Assembly (NCBI GenBank): GCA_028690055.1
Contig: JAQVBZ010000003.1
Span: 7,779 to 71,778 of the forward strand
Reading direction: 5' to 3'
DNA from: Minisyncoccota bacterium
Lineage (GTDB): Bacteria; Patescibacteriota; Minisyncoccia; JAHIHE01; JAGLIN01
DNA: 64,000 nucleotides
Below the pieces are notes generated by a model, which was not told the origin of the DNA, searched no databases, and saw only the letters and a list, made by a program, of their open reading frames with translations. The translations under genes were made by a program, and so were the position numbers. Shown piece by piece: positions 32,074-41,684 of this stretch. The stretch's first letter is position 1. Every line of letters starts with the position of its first letter.

Positions 32074-32245
32074 ACGCCTAAAATTAAAATAAGATTAGAA
32101 CATTAATGTAAAGATAAATTTTATATCTTCGTTCCTATCACCATGTCATAAAAATAAAAACATTACCGGATTCTCCCCTCTTCCGATACTACAAATTATT
32201 ATTTTGTAAATCGGCCCAAGAAATTGACCATATAAATGTAGCGCG

Positions 32246-33910
32246 ATGAAAGAAATAGCAAATACCGATAAATATGTGGACGACATCATCAAAGAGCTGC
32301 CGCCTTCACCACGCACGCGGAGATTCCGCGAGGAGCTCTTGGAGCATATAGCCGATGCCGAAGAGGATCTGCAAAATCAAGAAAATAATTTTAACCAAAT
32401 CAAAACAAAAGTCATGCAAAAAATCGGAGACAAAGACACACTAACCAAAAGTTACGTCGATTTCTATAGAAGCAGCCTATCCTCTCTGTGGCCGATAGAG
32501 CTGCTCATCTACATCGCCCTATCTTTGTGCGTCTTTCTCGTCACGGATCTTATCCTGAGTCCGTATGAACTGATTACAGACTCCTCGCTCTGGATCTTAA
32601 AAATAGCAGTGATCATTTTCTCCATCTTGGTTGCATATGTTTTCAACCGCATCGTGTATACTTTTGCTGCTAAACGCCTATCCCCGCACTTGTCCAGCAA
32701 GAAAGCCCACATTTTGGTAGCCTGGTCACTCGTAATCATGCCCATCCTCTCCTTTATTTACGGCTGGGCATACATTCTTTATTGGGAAGTGCAAAAGTCC
32801 GGCCTGGAATTTTTCATATCCGAATACTTCGCTATCACGGTGTTAAAAATTGCGATTATGCATCTGGCTGCCGCCATCGCTTTCGGCATCATCCCACGCC
32901 GAAAGAAAAAAGTTTCTACCCTCAGCAATAAAGTCCCGTATCTTCTCCTGTTCATCTTTCTGACAATAATGTTTTTTTCCGTCATGCTAGCCCAGCAAAA
33001 ATCCGACTCGCTCTCCGCGTCCGGGCAATTCATAAATGTACTGACATCTTATCTGGCGATGCCGATTAATATTTTATATTCTTTCCTGGACGGCCTGGAT
33101 GTCTATGCTCCGAGCGGTGGGCAGATTTTTACCCTCAACGTTTTCGCCGCCCTGGATTCGTTAGCATTCTTCAGAATGTTTTTGGCACTCTTGATCATTA
33201 CAGCCGTGGGAGGTGTTTGGCTTATCATTTCCGCCGATAAATCCAAGTCAGAAAACGGCAAAAATTGGAAGCGCGCCACAGGCATCGCTCTTATCGCCTA
33301 CTCCGCCTTTGTATTGCTCCCCATTAACAAAGTGCAGCAAGAGGATCCGATTTTGAACGTTCCAGCTTTCAACGTAACGCAGAAAATCGAACAAGATCAA
33401 CGGGGGTTACTCTATCCGGCACTAAAATATGTAGACCAAAGTATTAGAAATAATGCCTTCTACGCGGTCTATAGAGATGGCAATCTCTTTACTATCGGAC
33501 AATCATTCGGTGCAGCGGGCAACTATTTTCTGATCGATGTAAACAACGTTCCGGAAGGACAAGATCCTGTGATTTCTACCAACGCGAAAGAAAAAGGGAT
33601 GGAATCCTACACGCTGGAATTCAATCCGTTCGAGGGAATGATTCCACAGGGATTCGAATGCCCCGATTGCATAACAACCAGGGAAAACGACGAAGCAGAA
33701 GACATATCGTACTCCTCTTATGATGATTCAGGAACAAGAACGTACTATTCTGCAGATTATACAAATTTGACCTACAACGGGCACAGGCTCTTAGCCGAGG
33801 GAAAAAATGTAAAACCTCACGAGATCAAGGTAAGTGCCAATCAAGAGTGGGCGCTCATCGAGTTTGATAGTGAGCAGTTATATCTGATAGATTTGAGAAG
33901 ATTGAAGTAG
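32246..33910 (+). CDS. paralogous multi-TM protein with HAAS/permease-prefix-like domain
   Basis: Same N-terminal motif and C-terminal SA...WALI...LYL.DLR as 30442-32073. Confidence 0.75.
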   Translation: MKEIANTDKYVDDIIKELPPSPRTRRFREELLEHIADAEEDLQNQENNFNQIKTKVMQKIGDKDTLTKSYVDFYRSSLSSLWPIELLIYIALSLCVFLVTDLILSPYELITDSSLWILKIAVIIFSILVAYVFNRIVYTFAAKRLSPHLSSKKAHILVAWSLVIMPILSFIYGWAYILYWEVQKSGLEFFISEYFAITVLKIAIMHLAAAIAFGIIPRRKKKVSTLSNKVPYLLLFIFLTIMFFSVMLAQQKSDSLSASGQFINVLTSYLAMPINILYSFLDGLDVYAPSGGQIFTLNVFAALDSLAFFRMFLALLIITAVGGVWLIISADKSKSENGKNWKRATGIALIAYSAFVLLPINKVQQEDPILNVPAFNVTQKIEQDQRGLLYPALKYVDQSIRNNAFYAVYRDGNLFTIGQSFGAAGNYFLIDVNNVPEGQDPVISTNAKEKGMESYTLEFNPFEGMIPQGFECPDCITTRENDEAEDISYSSYDDSGTRTYYSADYTNLTYNGHRLLAEGKNVKPHEIKVSANQEWALIEFDSEQLYLIDLRRLK

Positions 33911-33937
33911 CTTGCCACCGCTTTTACATACAGAAAC

Positions 33938-33967
33938 AAAAAGTCCGGATCGCCTCTGGACTTTTTT
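33938..33967 (+). terminator. intrinsic terminator
   Basis: AAAAAGTCCGGATCGCCTCTGGACTTTTTT. Confidence 0.7.
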
Positions 33968-34031
33968 GTTTTTTTATATTACTATTGAAAGGTATTTGAC
34001 AGGCTTTATTTACAAATCGCAACATACCCGC

Positions 34032-34106
34032 GCCAGGGTAGCTCAGTTTGGTTAGAGCATAGGACTCATAAACCTAAGGTCGTGGGTTCGACTCCCACTC
34101 CTGGCA
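34032..34106 (+). tRNA. tRNA with CAT anticodon (elongator Met or Ile2)
   Basis: Acceptor GCCAGGG/TCCTGGC, loop CTCATAA, T-loop TTCGACT. Confidence 0.88.
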
Positions 34107-34124
34107 CTCACTAAGTTTACAATC

Positions 34125-34673
34125 ATGAACCGAGACAGAGTAGCCGATTTCCTCTTCGAAATCGGCACTTTGCGCAATATGCGCAGAATGCAAAGCCAAA
34201 TCTTACCAGAATCAAATGACAGCATCGCTTCTCACTCTTTCGAAGTGGCAATCATCGGTATGATTCTTGCCCGAAGCGAAAACGCTGATGAGAATAAAGT
34301 AATCAAGATGTGCCTCTTCCACGATATCGCAGAAGCAAGGATCGGAGACGCAAATTTCATCCACAAGTTTTATGTTCAAGCTGACGAAGACAAGGCGTTG
34401 CGCGATCAAATCGCCGACACGCCGATTGCTGAGGAGATTTTGGCAATCATCAACGAATTTGAAGCGAGAGAGAGTAAAGAGGCTATTATCGCCAAAGATG
34501 CGGATCTGCTGGATCAGATTTTAGTCCAGTCTGCCACAATCAAAAACGCCGAGGACAAAAAGCTCTGGAATGAAAACAGCGCCAAAGACCTCCAAACTGA
34601 AATTGCCAAAGAATTGGCCAAGGCCCTGTCAGACACAAATCCCCTGTCCTGGGTTTATAAAATGGCAGAATAG
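34125..34673 (+). CDS. HD-domain hydrolase (YfbR/HDDC2-like 5'-deoxynucleotidase)
   Basis: SIASHSF, CLFHDIAEARIGD, AKDADLLD. Confidence 0.85.
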   Translation: MNRDRVADFLFEIGTLRNMRRMQSQILPESNDSIASHSFEVAIIGMILARSENADENKVIKMCLFHDIAEARIGDANFIHKFYVQADEDKALRDQIADTPIAEEILAIINEFEARESKEAIIAKDADLLDQILVQSATIKNAEDKKLWNENSAKDLQTEIAKELAKALSDTNPLSWVYKMAE

Positions 34674-34677
34674 CCCC

Positions 34678-34773
34678 TGGAGTAGCAGGTTTTAACCTGC
34701 ACTGTTATCCCAAGCCGACAACACACCCTTGTTCCTATGGAACAGCCGGCGCGGGATGAATCCCACTACTCCA
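34678..34773. repeat. GTAG-type REPIN-like element
   Basis: Terminal inverted repeats TGGAGTAG...CTACTCCA, each followed inward by a hairpin (GCAGGTTTTAACCTGC; GGGATGAATCCC). Confidence 0.75.
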
Positions 34774-34799
34774 CCAAAAAAACTACATTGCGCCTCTTG

Positions 34800-34827
34800 T
34801 TGACATTTCTCACAGAATTGCTATTAT
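34800..34827 (+). promoter_or_regulatory. sigma70 promoter of tRNA-Asp
   Basis: TTGACA-N16-TATTAT with extended TG. Confidence 0.6.
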
Positions 34828-34846
34828 TTAAAAGTCGAATTCATAT

Positions 34847-34920
34847 GGGGGCGTAGCTCAGTTGGTTAGAGCGTCTGCTTGTCACGCAGAAGGTCATGGG
34901 TTCGAGCCCCACCGTCCCCG
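34847..34920 (+). tRNA. tRNA-Asp(GTC)
   Basis: Acceptor GGGGGCG/CGTCCCC; anticodon arm TCTGC-TTGTCAC-GCAGA. Confidence 0.92.
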
Positions 34921-34987
34921 CATAGAAGAAACAGGATTTTTAAGCCCTGTTTTTGTTATCAAAAAAACTTGGAACATAGAGTCCAAG

Positions 34988-35407
34988 TTATAAATATTTT
35001 ATATACGTTTCATCATTTTTCTCTTCAATAGAGAGATGCTTACTCTGCTCCAGTACTTTGTCGCTTATCAAACGACCACCACAATATATGCTGGTTTCTG
35101 AAAAACAGGCGTAAGACAATCTCTCCTCCCCTTCCGCCTCAAATATATCGGCGATTTGTCTTGCGGTAAAAGTTTCCTCAGGTCGACTTTCAACAAGCCG
35201 ATATAAGCGATCATAATAACACTCTTCTCTCTTCCTTCTTTCTTCAAGAGCCTCCATCAGCTCTTCTTCTTCCATCCTGTTTTTTTCAATCTCCGCAAAT
35301 TCTAACTCGCGCTCCTCCTCTTCAGTCAAAGGCGCACCTTTTTTCTCTTCTGCGATTTTCTTTTTCGTCTCACCGAAAATTATTTTCAAAATATATTTTT
35401 TATGCAT
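34988..35407 (-). CDS. hypothetical Glu-rich protein
   Basis: ORF with AGGAG upstream of MHKKY. Confidence 0.6.
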   Translation of the reverse strand: MHKKYILKIIFGETKKKIAEEKKGAPLTEEEERELEFAEIEKNRMEEEELMEALEERRKREECYYDRLYRLVESRPEETFTARQIADIFEAEGEERLSYACFSETSIYCGGRLISDKVLEQSKHLSIEEKNDETYIKYL

Positions 35408-35729
35408 TTCTACTTCTTCTCCTTTTTGTTTCTTCAATAACCCATTAAGACTATCTTATTCGGCAGTATGAGTTGTTTTTCGGGAGATGTCAATCCCGCA
35501 CTATTCTTTAGACTGTATGCATTTGGCAAGAATGATAGAGCTGATATCAGATTACGCGACATACTCAAAATATTTCGGATAATATCCAAGATGCCCCGCA
35601 AAATAAGAATCGCTCACAAAAACGTTTTTTTGTATAGATTCGGCAGGATTTGGACTTTTGATTAAATAATTTGACTATATTCCTATGTCATTGCTAATAT
35701 ATCATTATATCCGTCAGACGAACTAAATT

Positions 35730-36065
35730 ATGATTCAAGCAATCAAAGAATTTCTGAAACCTACCAAATGGACGATTATTGCGACAATTATTGTAATAAT
35801 TGTTTATTTGATCAATCTAGACATAGTGGCCCGAACATGGCCTACAAAGACGATATCTTTAACGATGTCTACTATTTTTCTCAGCCCGATTGTTTTTGTT
35901 ATAGATAGAACATATATCCTTTTATTCGTAGACGAACACTCTTTTTTTGCTGGACTTATTTCGTTTGTATTAGACATTCTATACTATTATGTTTGGGGAT
36001 GCATCATGGTTTATATAATAAGACTATATAAGAAAAGAGTGATTAAAAAAATAATTCGATCATAA
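35730..36065 (+). CDS. hypothetical membrane protein
   Basis: 111 aa, IKEFLKPT.W start, 3 TM segments. Confidence 0.65.
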   Translation: MIQAIKEFLKPTKWTIIATIIVIIVYLINLDIVARTWPTKTISLTMSTIFLSPIVFVIDRTYILLFVDEHSFFAGLISFVLDILYYYVWGCIMVYIIRLYKKRVIKKIIRS

Positions 36066-36462
36066 TTTTTTCTATTGAAAATTACCTCTCTCTAGAGCTG
36101 CCTATTCAAATTGTGCCGTTGTTTTAAGGAACTTTTTTATTTCAGCTCCTAACCGCAAGTATAACAATAAAGATAACTATTTTTGTCAAAGTTTGCCACA
36201 TTTCGTCTATCTCACCAAGAACTTTTCCAACTGCCTAACATTCAATTCTCCCACTGTCTCCATCCGATCCATAGTTCTAAAGTCGTCCCACATTCCACGC
36301 ATTTAATGTAATACCAGTAAAAATCACGTATGTCTGCGTGTTTTTTTGATATTCAGGTGCTTGACTGGCAACCGATATCTAGCTTGAGTTTTTCAAAGAA
36401 AACCTCTATACTTTAGCTGAAGTTCAATCGATAATTATAGATTTCATAATAAAAGATCAACT

Positions 36463-37203
36463 ATGTGCTCATTCAAGCTGATACAGTAGAATGTCTGGTT
36501 CAAAGAAAAACCGGAGAACATTGCAAACTTCCTGAAAGAAGCTGACGCTGATATTATATGTGCCCAAGAGCTCATAAAAGATTCAAGAATAAATCTTGAT
36601 GTTGCAAAATATGTTGCTGAAAAACTGGGGTTCGGATATTATTATCACGATGGAGATACTTGGGACAACCGCCCGGACAAAGAGGCTCAAGGTAATGCTA
36701 TTTTTTTCCGCTATCCGATAGTCAGCTCAAACTACATTTATGTACAGTGCCCAAAACATAATTCTTCAGATTTCTCAGAAGAGGGGCGAGTATATATAGA
36801 GGCTGTAATCAAAGTCGGCGGTAAAGGATTAACCGTTGGCACGACTCATCTTTCGTACTCGGACCGTTTTATAATCGCCAACCGAAGGAAAAAAGAAATC
36901 GATACTTTGGTCAATATTCTAAAAGGAAGAAAAAATAACTATATATTCACAGGTGATTTGAATTCGCTCCCGGATTCATACGCAATTCCCCAACTAGAAA
37001 AAATTCTTTCACATTCCGGACCGGCTTACAGTCAAAATTCTTGGACAACCAAACCTTTCAAATATGAAATCTTTCAGGAAAACGAGCTCAACCACCGATT
37101 GGATTATGTTTACAACTCCAACGATATCAACATCGTTGATTCAAAAATTCTTGAGTGCCCATACTCGGATCATCTGCCAGTCCGGACAAGATTTAAATTT
37201 TAA
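36463..37203 (+). pseudogene. endonuclease/exonuclease/phosphatase family gene with in-frame TAG at codon 9
   Basis: MCSFKLIQ*NVW...DIICAQE...GNAIF...THL...GDLN...RLDYV...SDHLPV; frame otherwise open. Confidence 0.8.
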
Positions 37204-37262
37204 GATTGGTCGCAATATATGACGTACACAAAAATTTTACCGATTATTAATATTAAGCAGAA

Positions 37263-38120
37263 ATGAATATCATTTTCCTTGCATTGATAAATACCCTGTC
37301 TGGAGCAATCATTACGATAAAATGGAAACGCCTGAGGACCAACGGTTTGCATCCGGTGAGTGCTTTGGGATTATTCTGTTTTGGCATTCCACTATGGCTG
37401 GCTTCATTTATCGCACTCAGCTATAAATTCGACATCGTTTATTCCGGTGAATATCTCTTCTATATTCTTTTATGGTCAGTAATCGTGATTGTTACTAACC
37501 TAGGTTCTATTTTTCTGATGAAATTCCAGGCATTATCAGAGATGACCGTTTATAAGCTGGGATTTTCTACCGCACTGGGGATCGCCGTCGATTCCATTTT
37601 CTTCAAGACAAACTTCAGCTTTTATATGCTGATAGGAATATTTTTCTTATTTATTTCCGGAATTTTATTATCAAAAAATAAGAGGGCCAACGACATGAAT
37701 ATTCTCGTAACGTTATCGATAATATTGATTCTGAGCATTCTCGGCATATCTTTATATTCGATTTACAAATACGCAATGCCCATCCAACCCAACCCGGTGA
37801 TACATGGCGTTATTTCTCAGTTAGTCGTCTATGTATTATTTTCTTTCTTCGCCTACAAATATTTGCGCCAGGACTATACGGCACAACTCTATAACCGCAA
37901 AGATGTTATAGCCTTCAGCTTATTGATTTTCATTTTTACCGTTACAGAAGCTTTCCTTTTTAAAGAACTGCCCCTAACAATCATAATATTGCTATCGGTC
38001 ATAAGTTTATTGATTTACGCTGTTTATGACATCAAAAAGAAAGAGATAATCCTGTCTCGACAGATCTACCTGGCAGGAGCGCTATCAACTATCGCTTTAA
38101 TTATGATTAACCATAAATAA
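37263..38120 (+). CDS. about 10-TM membrane protein, EamA/DMT-like
   Basis: 285 aa with a two-repeat hydrophobic pattern. Confidence 0.6.
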   Translation: MNIIFLALINTLSGAIITIKWKRLRTNGLHPVSALGLFCFGIPLWLASFIALSYKFDIVYSGEYLFYILLWSVIVIVTNLGSIFLMKFQALSEMTVYKLGFSTALGIAVDSIFFKTNFSFYMLIGIFFLFISGILLSKNKRANDMNILVTLSIILILSILGISLYSIYKYAMPIQPNPVIHGVISQLVVYVLFSFFAYKYLRQDYTAQLYNRKDVIAFSLLIFIFTVTEAFLFKELPLTIIILLSVISLLIYAVYDIKKKEIILSRQIYLAGALSTIALIMINHK

Positions 38121-38139
38121 ACAATTCACTCTCAAAACG

Positions 38140-38583
38140 ATGAAAATCATCAGCGCTTGCTTGTGCGGTGTAAACTGCGCTTGGAACGGTCAAACGAAAA
38201 CTTCCGAAAAAGCTATTGAACTTGTAAAGAAAGGAGAAGCTATTCCTGTGTGCCCCGAGCAGCTAGGAGGATTGAGTACGCCGAGAATCCCACAAGAAAT
38301 TCAAGCAGGTTCAGGAGAGGATGTACTGTGCTGCAAATGCAAAGTTGTGAATAAAAACGAAGAAGATGTCACCGCTCAATTCATTAGAGGAGCCGAGGAG
38401 ACTTTGAAAATTGCAAAGCTGATCGGAGCGACTGAATTCATCGCCAAATCCAAAAGCCCATCCTGCGGATGCGGTTCGACTTATGACGGAACTTTCTCTG
38501 GCACGCTGATTACGGGAGACGGAGTCACTACGGCACTCTTGAAGCAAAACGGAATCAAGGTGATAAGCGAGAACGGATTGTAG
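38140..38583 (+). CDS. DUF523 / thiouracil desulfurase (TudS-like) family protein
   Basis: SACLCG, PVCPEQLGGLSTPR, KSPSCG, GVTTALL. Confidence 0.88.
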   Translation: MKIISACLCGVNCAWNGQTKTSEKAIELVKKGEAIPVCPEQLGGLSTPRIPQEIQAGSGEDVLCCKCKVVNKNEEDVTAQFIRGAEETLKIAKLIGATEFIAKSKSPSCGCGSTYDGTFSGTLITGDGVTTALLKQNGIKVISENGL

Positions 38584-38627
38584 TACCGAATCAACTAAAT
38601 CTGTGACATAATAATTTCACTTTTATT

Positions 38628-38662
38628 CCCCCTCACCCCGACCCTCTCCCGGTAGGAGAGGG
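38628..38662. repeat. CCCTCTCCC-family palindromic repeat
   Basis: CCCCCTCACCCCGACCCTCTCCCGGTAGGAGAGGG; near reverse complement of 56148-56183. Confidence 0.8.
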
Positions 38663-38810
38663 AGAAACTCCTAATGCCACAAACCAGATTATAGAACAGA
38701 TTAAGTTAATTTGGCATAACAACAGAAAAAACCGCGAGGCTTCATAAAAAAATAACTCAGTGAGTTATTTTTTTGTATCAATATTTCGATTCCTGTTTTT
38801 GCGAGACAGT

Positions 38811-38840
38811 ACGGGATCCTTCGGAGTACCTCAGGATGAC
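38811..38840. repeat. GTCA-family repeat
   Basis: ACGGGATCCTTCGGAGTACCTCAGGATGAC. Confidence 0.8.
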
Positions 38841-38857
38841 GCACACGGAGATAAAAC

Positions 38858-40069
38858 TTATTGCTTCCGCAAAGGCAGTATATGCTCTCTATGGCGATTG
38901 TAAACAAAAAATATTAAACCCGTAACTACAATCAGTAAAAATGACAATGCAAAGCCGAGCCGGAAAGAGAAATATGTAATGGCAATTCCGGTAGCGAAAG
39001 GTCCGATTGTTTGGCCAATATCCATAATGGCCGAGAGCGCGCCCAGAGAAGAACCGAGCTTTTCGGGGCTGGTCACTTCTGCGGCGTAGGTACTGGTCGC
39101 AACCGTGGAGAAAGAGAGACCGAGACCAAAGAGCAAGCCCAGCACGATGGCCGCGGTCACAGATTGGAAAAATCCCAGCACACCTATCGACACTCCGAGT
39201 AGCAGCGCCCCGAGCATAATCTGTTTTCTCTTATCCACCCTGTCGGCCAGCTTTCCGAACAAAGGTTTGGAAAGCGCGATGGCCAAAATCTGCGTAGAAA
39301 AAATAACGCCGATTTCCGATGCCGAGATATCGAGCTGCGTCAAATACAAAGGCAGATAAGTTTCGAAAGCACCGTAGGCAAAATATATCGCCATCTCGAC
39401 ACCGGCGGTCGATATCAATCTCTTGTTATCAAAAAGATATTTCAAGTCTGTGTAGAAATCACGTGTGCTCACCTTCGCTCCGCCCTTTCCCTCGTCTTTA
39501 AGAAACACAGTCAAGATAAATACCGGTATCGCCAGAAGAAAAGCAGCCGCATAAACATATTTGTAACCAACGAGAGAGACTCCCTCCTTTGCAAAATAAG
39601 CGATGATAAACCCTCCCAGCATAGGAGCCAGCGCCCGCCCTACTAGAGTAGAAGAAGAATAGAGTCCGAGCTTCTCCCCTTTTGATGCCGCATATTTTTC
39701 AACAATCATCGCCGAGGTTACCGGCCCTAGAATAGCGGTCGCCATCCCATGAAAGAACCTTATGGGGATGAGCCACATCGGAGTGTCTACTGACAAATAG
39801 AGCAAAGGGCAGACGAGAAAGATCGCCCCCGATATCACCAAAAGCTTTTTTCTGCCTATCTTATCCGACATCAGCCCCACGGGAAAGCTGAAAAGTATTC
39901 CTGCCAGAGGCGAAAAAGCGGAAATGAGTCCTATAATTATTTCATTCCCGCCCAGAGCCTGAACGTACAGCGGCAGCACCGGACTCTTGGAAATCGTCGT
40001 CGAGAAGATGGCGAAGAATCCGATCAGTGACAAATAATATATCATGCTCGACTTCAAATCTTTTTTCAT
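38858..40069 (-). CDS. MFS transporter
   Basis: GLMSDKIGRK motif A, RFFHG, 12 TM segments. Confidence 0.92.
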   Translation of the reverse strand: MKKDLKSSMIYYLSLIGFFAIFSTTISKSPVLPLYVQALGGNEIIIGLISAFSPLAGILFSFPVGLMSDKIGRKKLLVISGAIFLVCPLLYLSVDTPMWLIPIRFFHGMATAILGPVTSAMIVEKYAASKGEKLGLYSSSTLVGRALAPMLGGFIIAYFAKEGVSLVGYKYVYAAAFLLAIPVFILTVFLKDEGKGGAKVSTRDFYTDLKYLFDNKRLISTAGVEMAIYFAYGAFETYLPLYLTQLDISASEIGVIFSTQILAIALSKPLFGKLADRVDKRKQIMLGALLLGVSIGVLGFFQSVTAAIVLGLLFGLGLSFSTVATSTYAAEVTSPEKLGSSLGALSAIMDIGQTIGPFATGIAITYFSFRLGFALSFLLIVVTGLIFFVYNRHREHILPLRKQ

Positions 40070-40158
40070 GCTCTTTTTAAGTAATAAATATAAGTATCGT
40101 AACTGTACACTTTAATCATACGTACACCCTGACCTTACGTAAAAATCACTCACGCGCC

Positions 40159-40186
40159 TATCATTCTGAGGTACTCCGAAGAATCC
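40159..40186. repeat. GTCA-family repeat (left arm)
   Basis: TATCATTCTGAGGTACTCCGAAGAATCC. Confidence 0.75.
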
Positions 40187-40201
40187 TGCATATCCCGCAC
40201 A

Positions 40202-40792
40202 TTAAAAAGTTTTTACAATCTTCTTGATTTTTCTGATTACCTCACTGTCCGCCTCGCGCTTCTCCTCGATAGTCATCTGTCGCCAAGTCTTATCGATTCT
40301 ATCCACTTTAAAAACAGTACCAAAAGCAAAATTATATTGAAAACCTTGCCCAAAAAACGACCAATCCAGTCTTCCGTCCAGTTTATTAGAAAATGACTGC
40401 ACGGCACCATCAGGATTTGCAATAGCATATGCGCTTTGAAAATAACAAGACAAATCATCGATATTTTCTGTTTCGTTTTTCAGATATTGCAAAAGCTCAG
40501 GCTTATTCATTTCTTTTTCAAACCTCCCTCCCCACCTTTTTACCGACACGCCGGGAAAACCACCCAGAGCGTTCACAAAAAATCCGGTATCGTCACTGAG
40601 CGTAACTTCCCCGCTTGCCGCCGCCCAAGCAAGTGCTTTCTTCTTGGCATTTTCTTCCAGCGAATCGATACCTTCCTCCACCTCTATTTTATCCAATCCC
40701 AAATCTTCATACGACAAAACATCCCAAGTCGGGAAATATTTTCTCCAATCACTTATTTTCCCCGGATTGCCTGAACCGATAAATAGTCTCAT
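40202..40792 (-). CDS. divergent Ham1/RdgB-family NTP pyrophosphatase
   Basis: SGNPGK, ENAKKKA, SDDTGFFVNALGGFPGV; C-terminal SHR motif absent. Confidence 0.8.
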   Translation of the reverse strand: MRLFIGSGNPGKISDWRKYFPTWDVLSYEDLGLDKIEVEEGIDSLEENAKKKALAWAAASGEVTLSDDTGFFVNALGGFPGVSVKRWGGRFEKEMNKPELLQYLKNETENIDDLSCYFQSAYAIANPDGAVQSFSNKLDGRLDWSFFGQGFQYNFAFGTVFKVDRIDKTWRQMTIEEKREADSEVIRKIKKIVKTF

Positions 40793-40906
40793 ATTTTTTG
40801 AATGATAGATTCTATCTATATATTATATCACTCTCCTGCCCCTACGAACACAACAAAAAACACCCCGGAAATCCAGGATGCTTTTTTAAATATCTCAAAA
40901 GAGATA

Positions 40907-41104
40907 TTATGCCTTCTGTACATCAGAAGCGGCAGGACCCTTTGGGGTATCCTTTACTTCGAAAGTAACAGCATCACCTTCTCTAAGGTCGTTGAAATCA
41001 ACGTCGATAAGGTCATTGGCGTGGAAGAAAAGGTCTTTTGCACCATCTTCCGGTGTGATGAAACCGAACTTTTTATCGTTCAGTCTTTTGATTTGTCCTT
41101 GCAT
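40907..41104 (-). CDS. cold-shock domain protein
   Basis: KFGFI (RNP1), LFFH (RNP2), KGPAA. Confidence 0.93.
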   Translation of the reverse strand: MQGQIKRLNDKKFGFITPEDGAKDLFFHANDLIDVDFNDLREGDAVTFEVKDTPKGPAASDVQKA

Positions 41105-41241
41105 TTTTTTGTATGTTAAGTAAATAAGTCCGAAGTGATATGTGAAATATTAATAGTGACAATAATATATCCGCATCCTCTTGCGGCAGCCTTAAAATAA
41201 GACCGATCATCTCAAGTTGCAAGACTCAAGCTAACGAGTTG

Positions 41242-41270
41242 ACTATATCATAGAATATTAATACTGTCAA
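41242..41270 (-). promoter_or_regulatory. cold-shock gene promoter with a ~130-nt 5' UTR
   Basis: TTGACA-N17-TATAGT with extended TG. Confidence 0.65.
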
Positions 41271-41370
41271 GCATTTTATTAAAGACTCTTTTTTGCCACA
41301 AAGAAGGGGTGATTTTCGTTCGTCTATGCTATTGGAGAGAGTGACAAATTTCAGACGCAAAGCTATAAAA

Positions 41371-41586
41371 CTTTGAATTACGAAATGCTTCATTTTATAA
41401 ATCAATCCTCTTTGTATCATTCTACAGTGCAGTAAAATAAACTCTTGATTGTCTGTCATTCTGAGGTACTCCGAAGAATCCCGTGAGAAAGCGCGAGGAA
41501 TCTGACAATGGGATCCTTCGGAGTACCTCAGAGCCTGCCCTCGACCTGATCGGGGGATGACAAACAAGTTATTCCGTAATTCAAAG
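41371..41586. mobile_element. MITE-like element carrying a GTCA palindrome
   Basis: Terminal inverted repeats CTTTGAATTACG...CGTAATTCAAAG; internal palindrome at 41454-41562; inverted copy at 43428-43619. Confidence 0.65.
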
Positions 41587-41684
41587 GATAAAAAACAAAA
41601 GACCTGGCACTATATGTTTTGATAAAAATTAAAAGCCGGAAAGGTGATTCTCTTTCCGGCCGATGTTTTTTATTTATTGTTTTT

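Noticed and set aside
29821-34920. tRNA-anchored prophage or integrative island
   Set aside because: No integrase or phage genes, and no duplicated tRNA 3' end seen
36200-36320. CxxC fragment (YYIKCVECGTT) on the minus strand
   Set aside because: Too short, with no start; at most a gene remnant
36487-36489. Genome-wide stop-codon reassignment
   Set aside because: TAG and TGA terminate conserved genes at expected positions (e.g. pheS TAG, mscL TGA)
41226-41567. Similar ORFs at 41226-41567, 43334-43588 and 43399-43722
   Set aside because: They are translations of the inverted repeat elements, not genes
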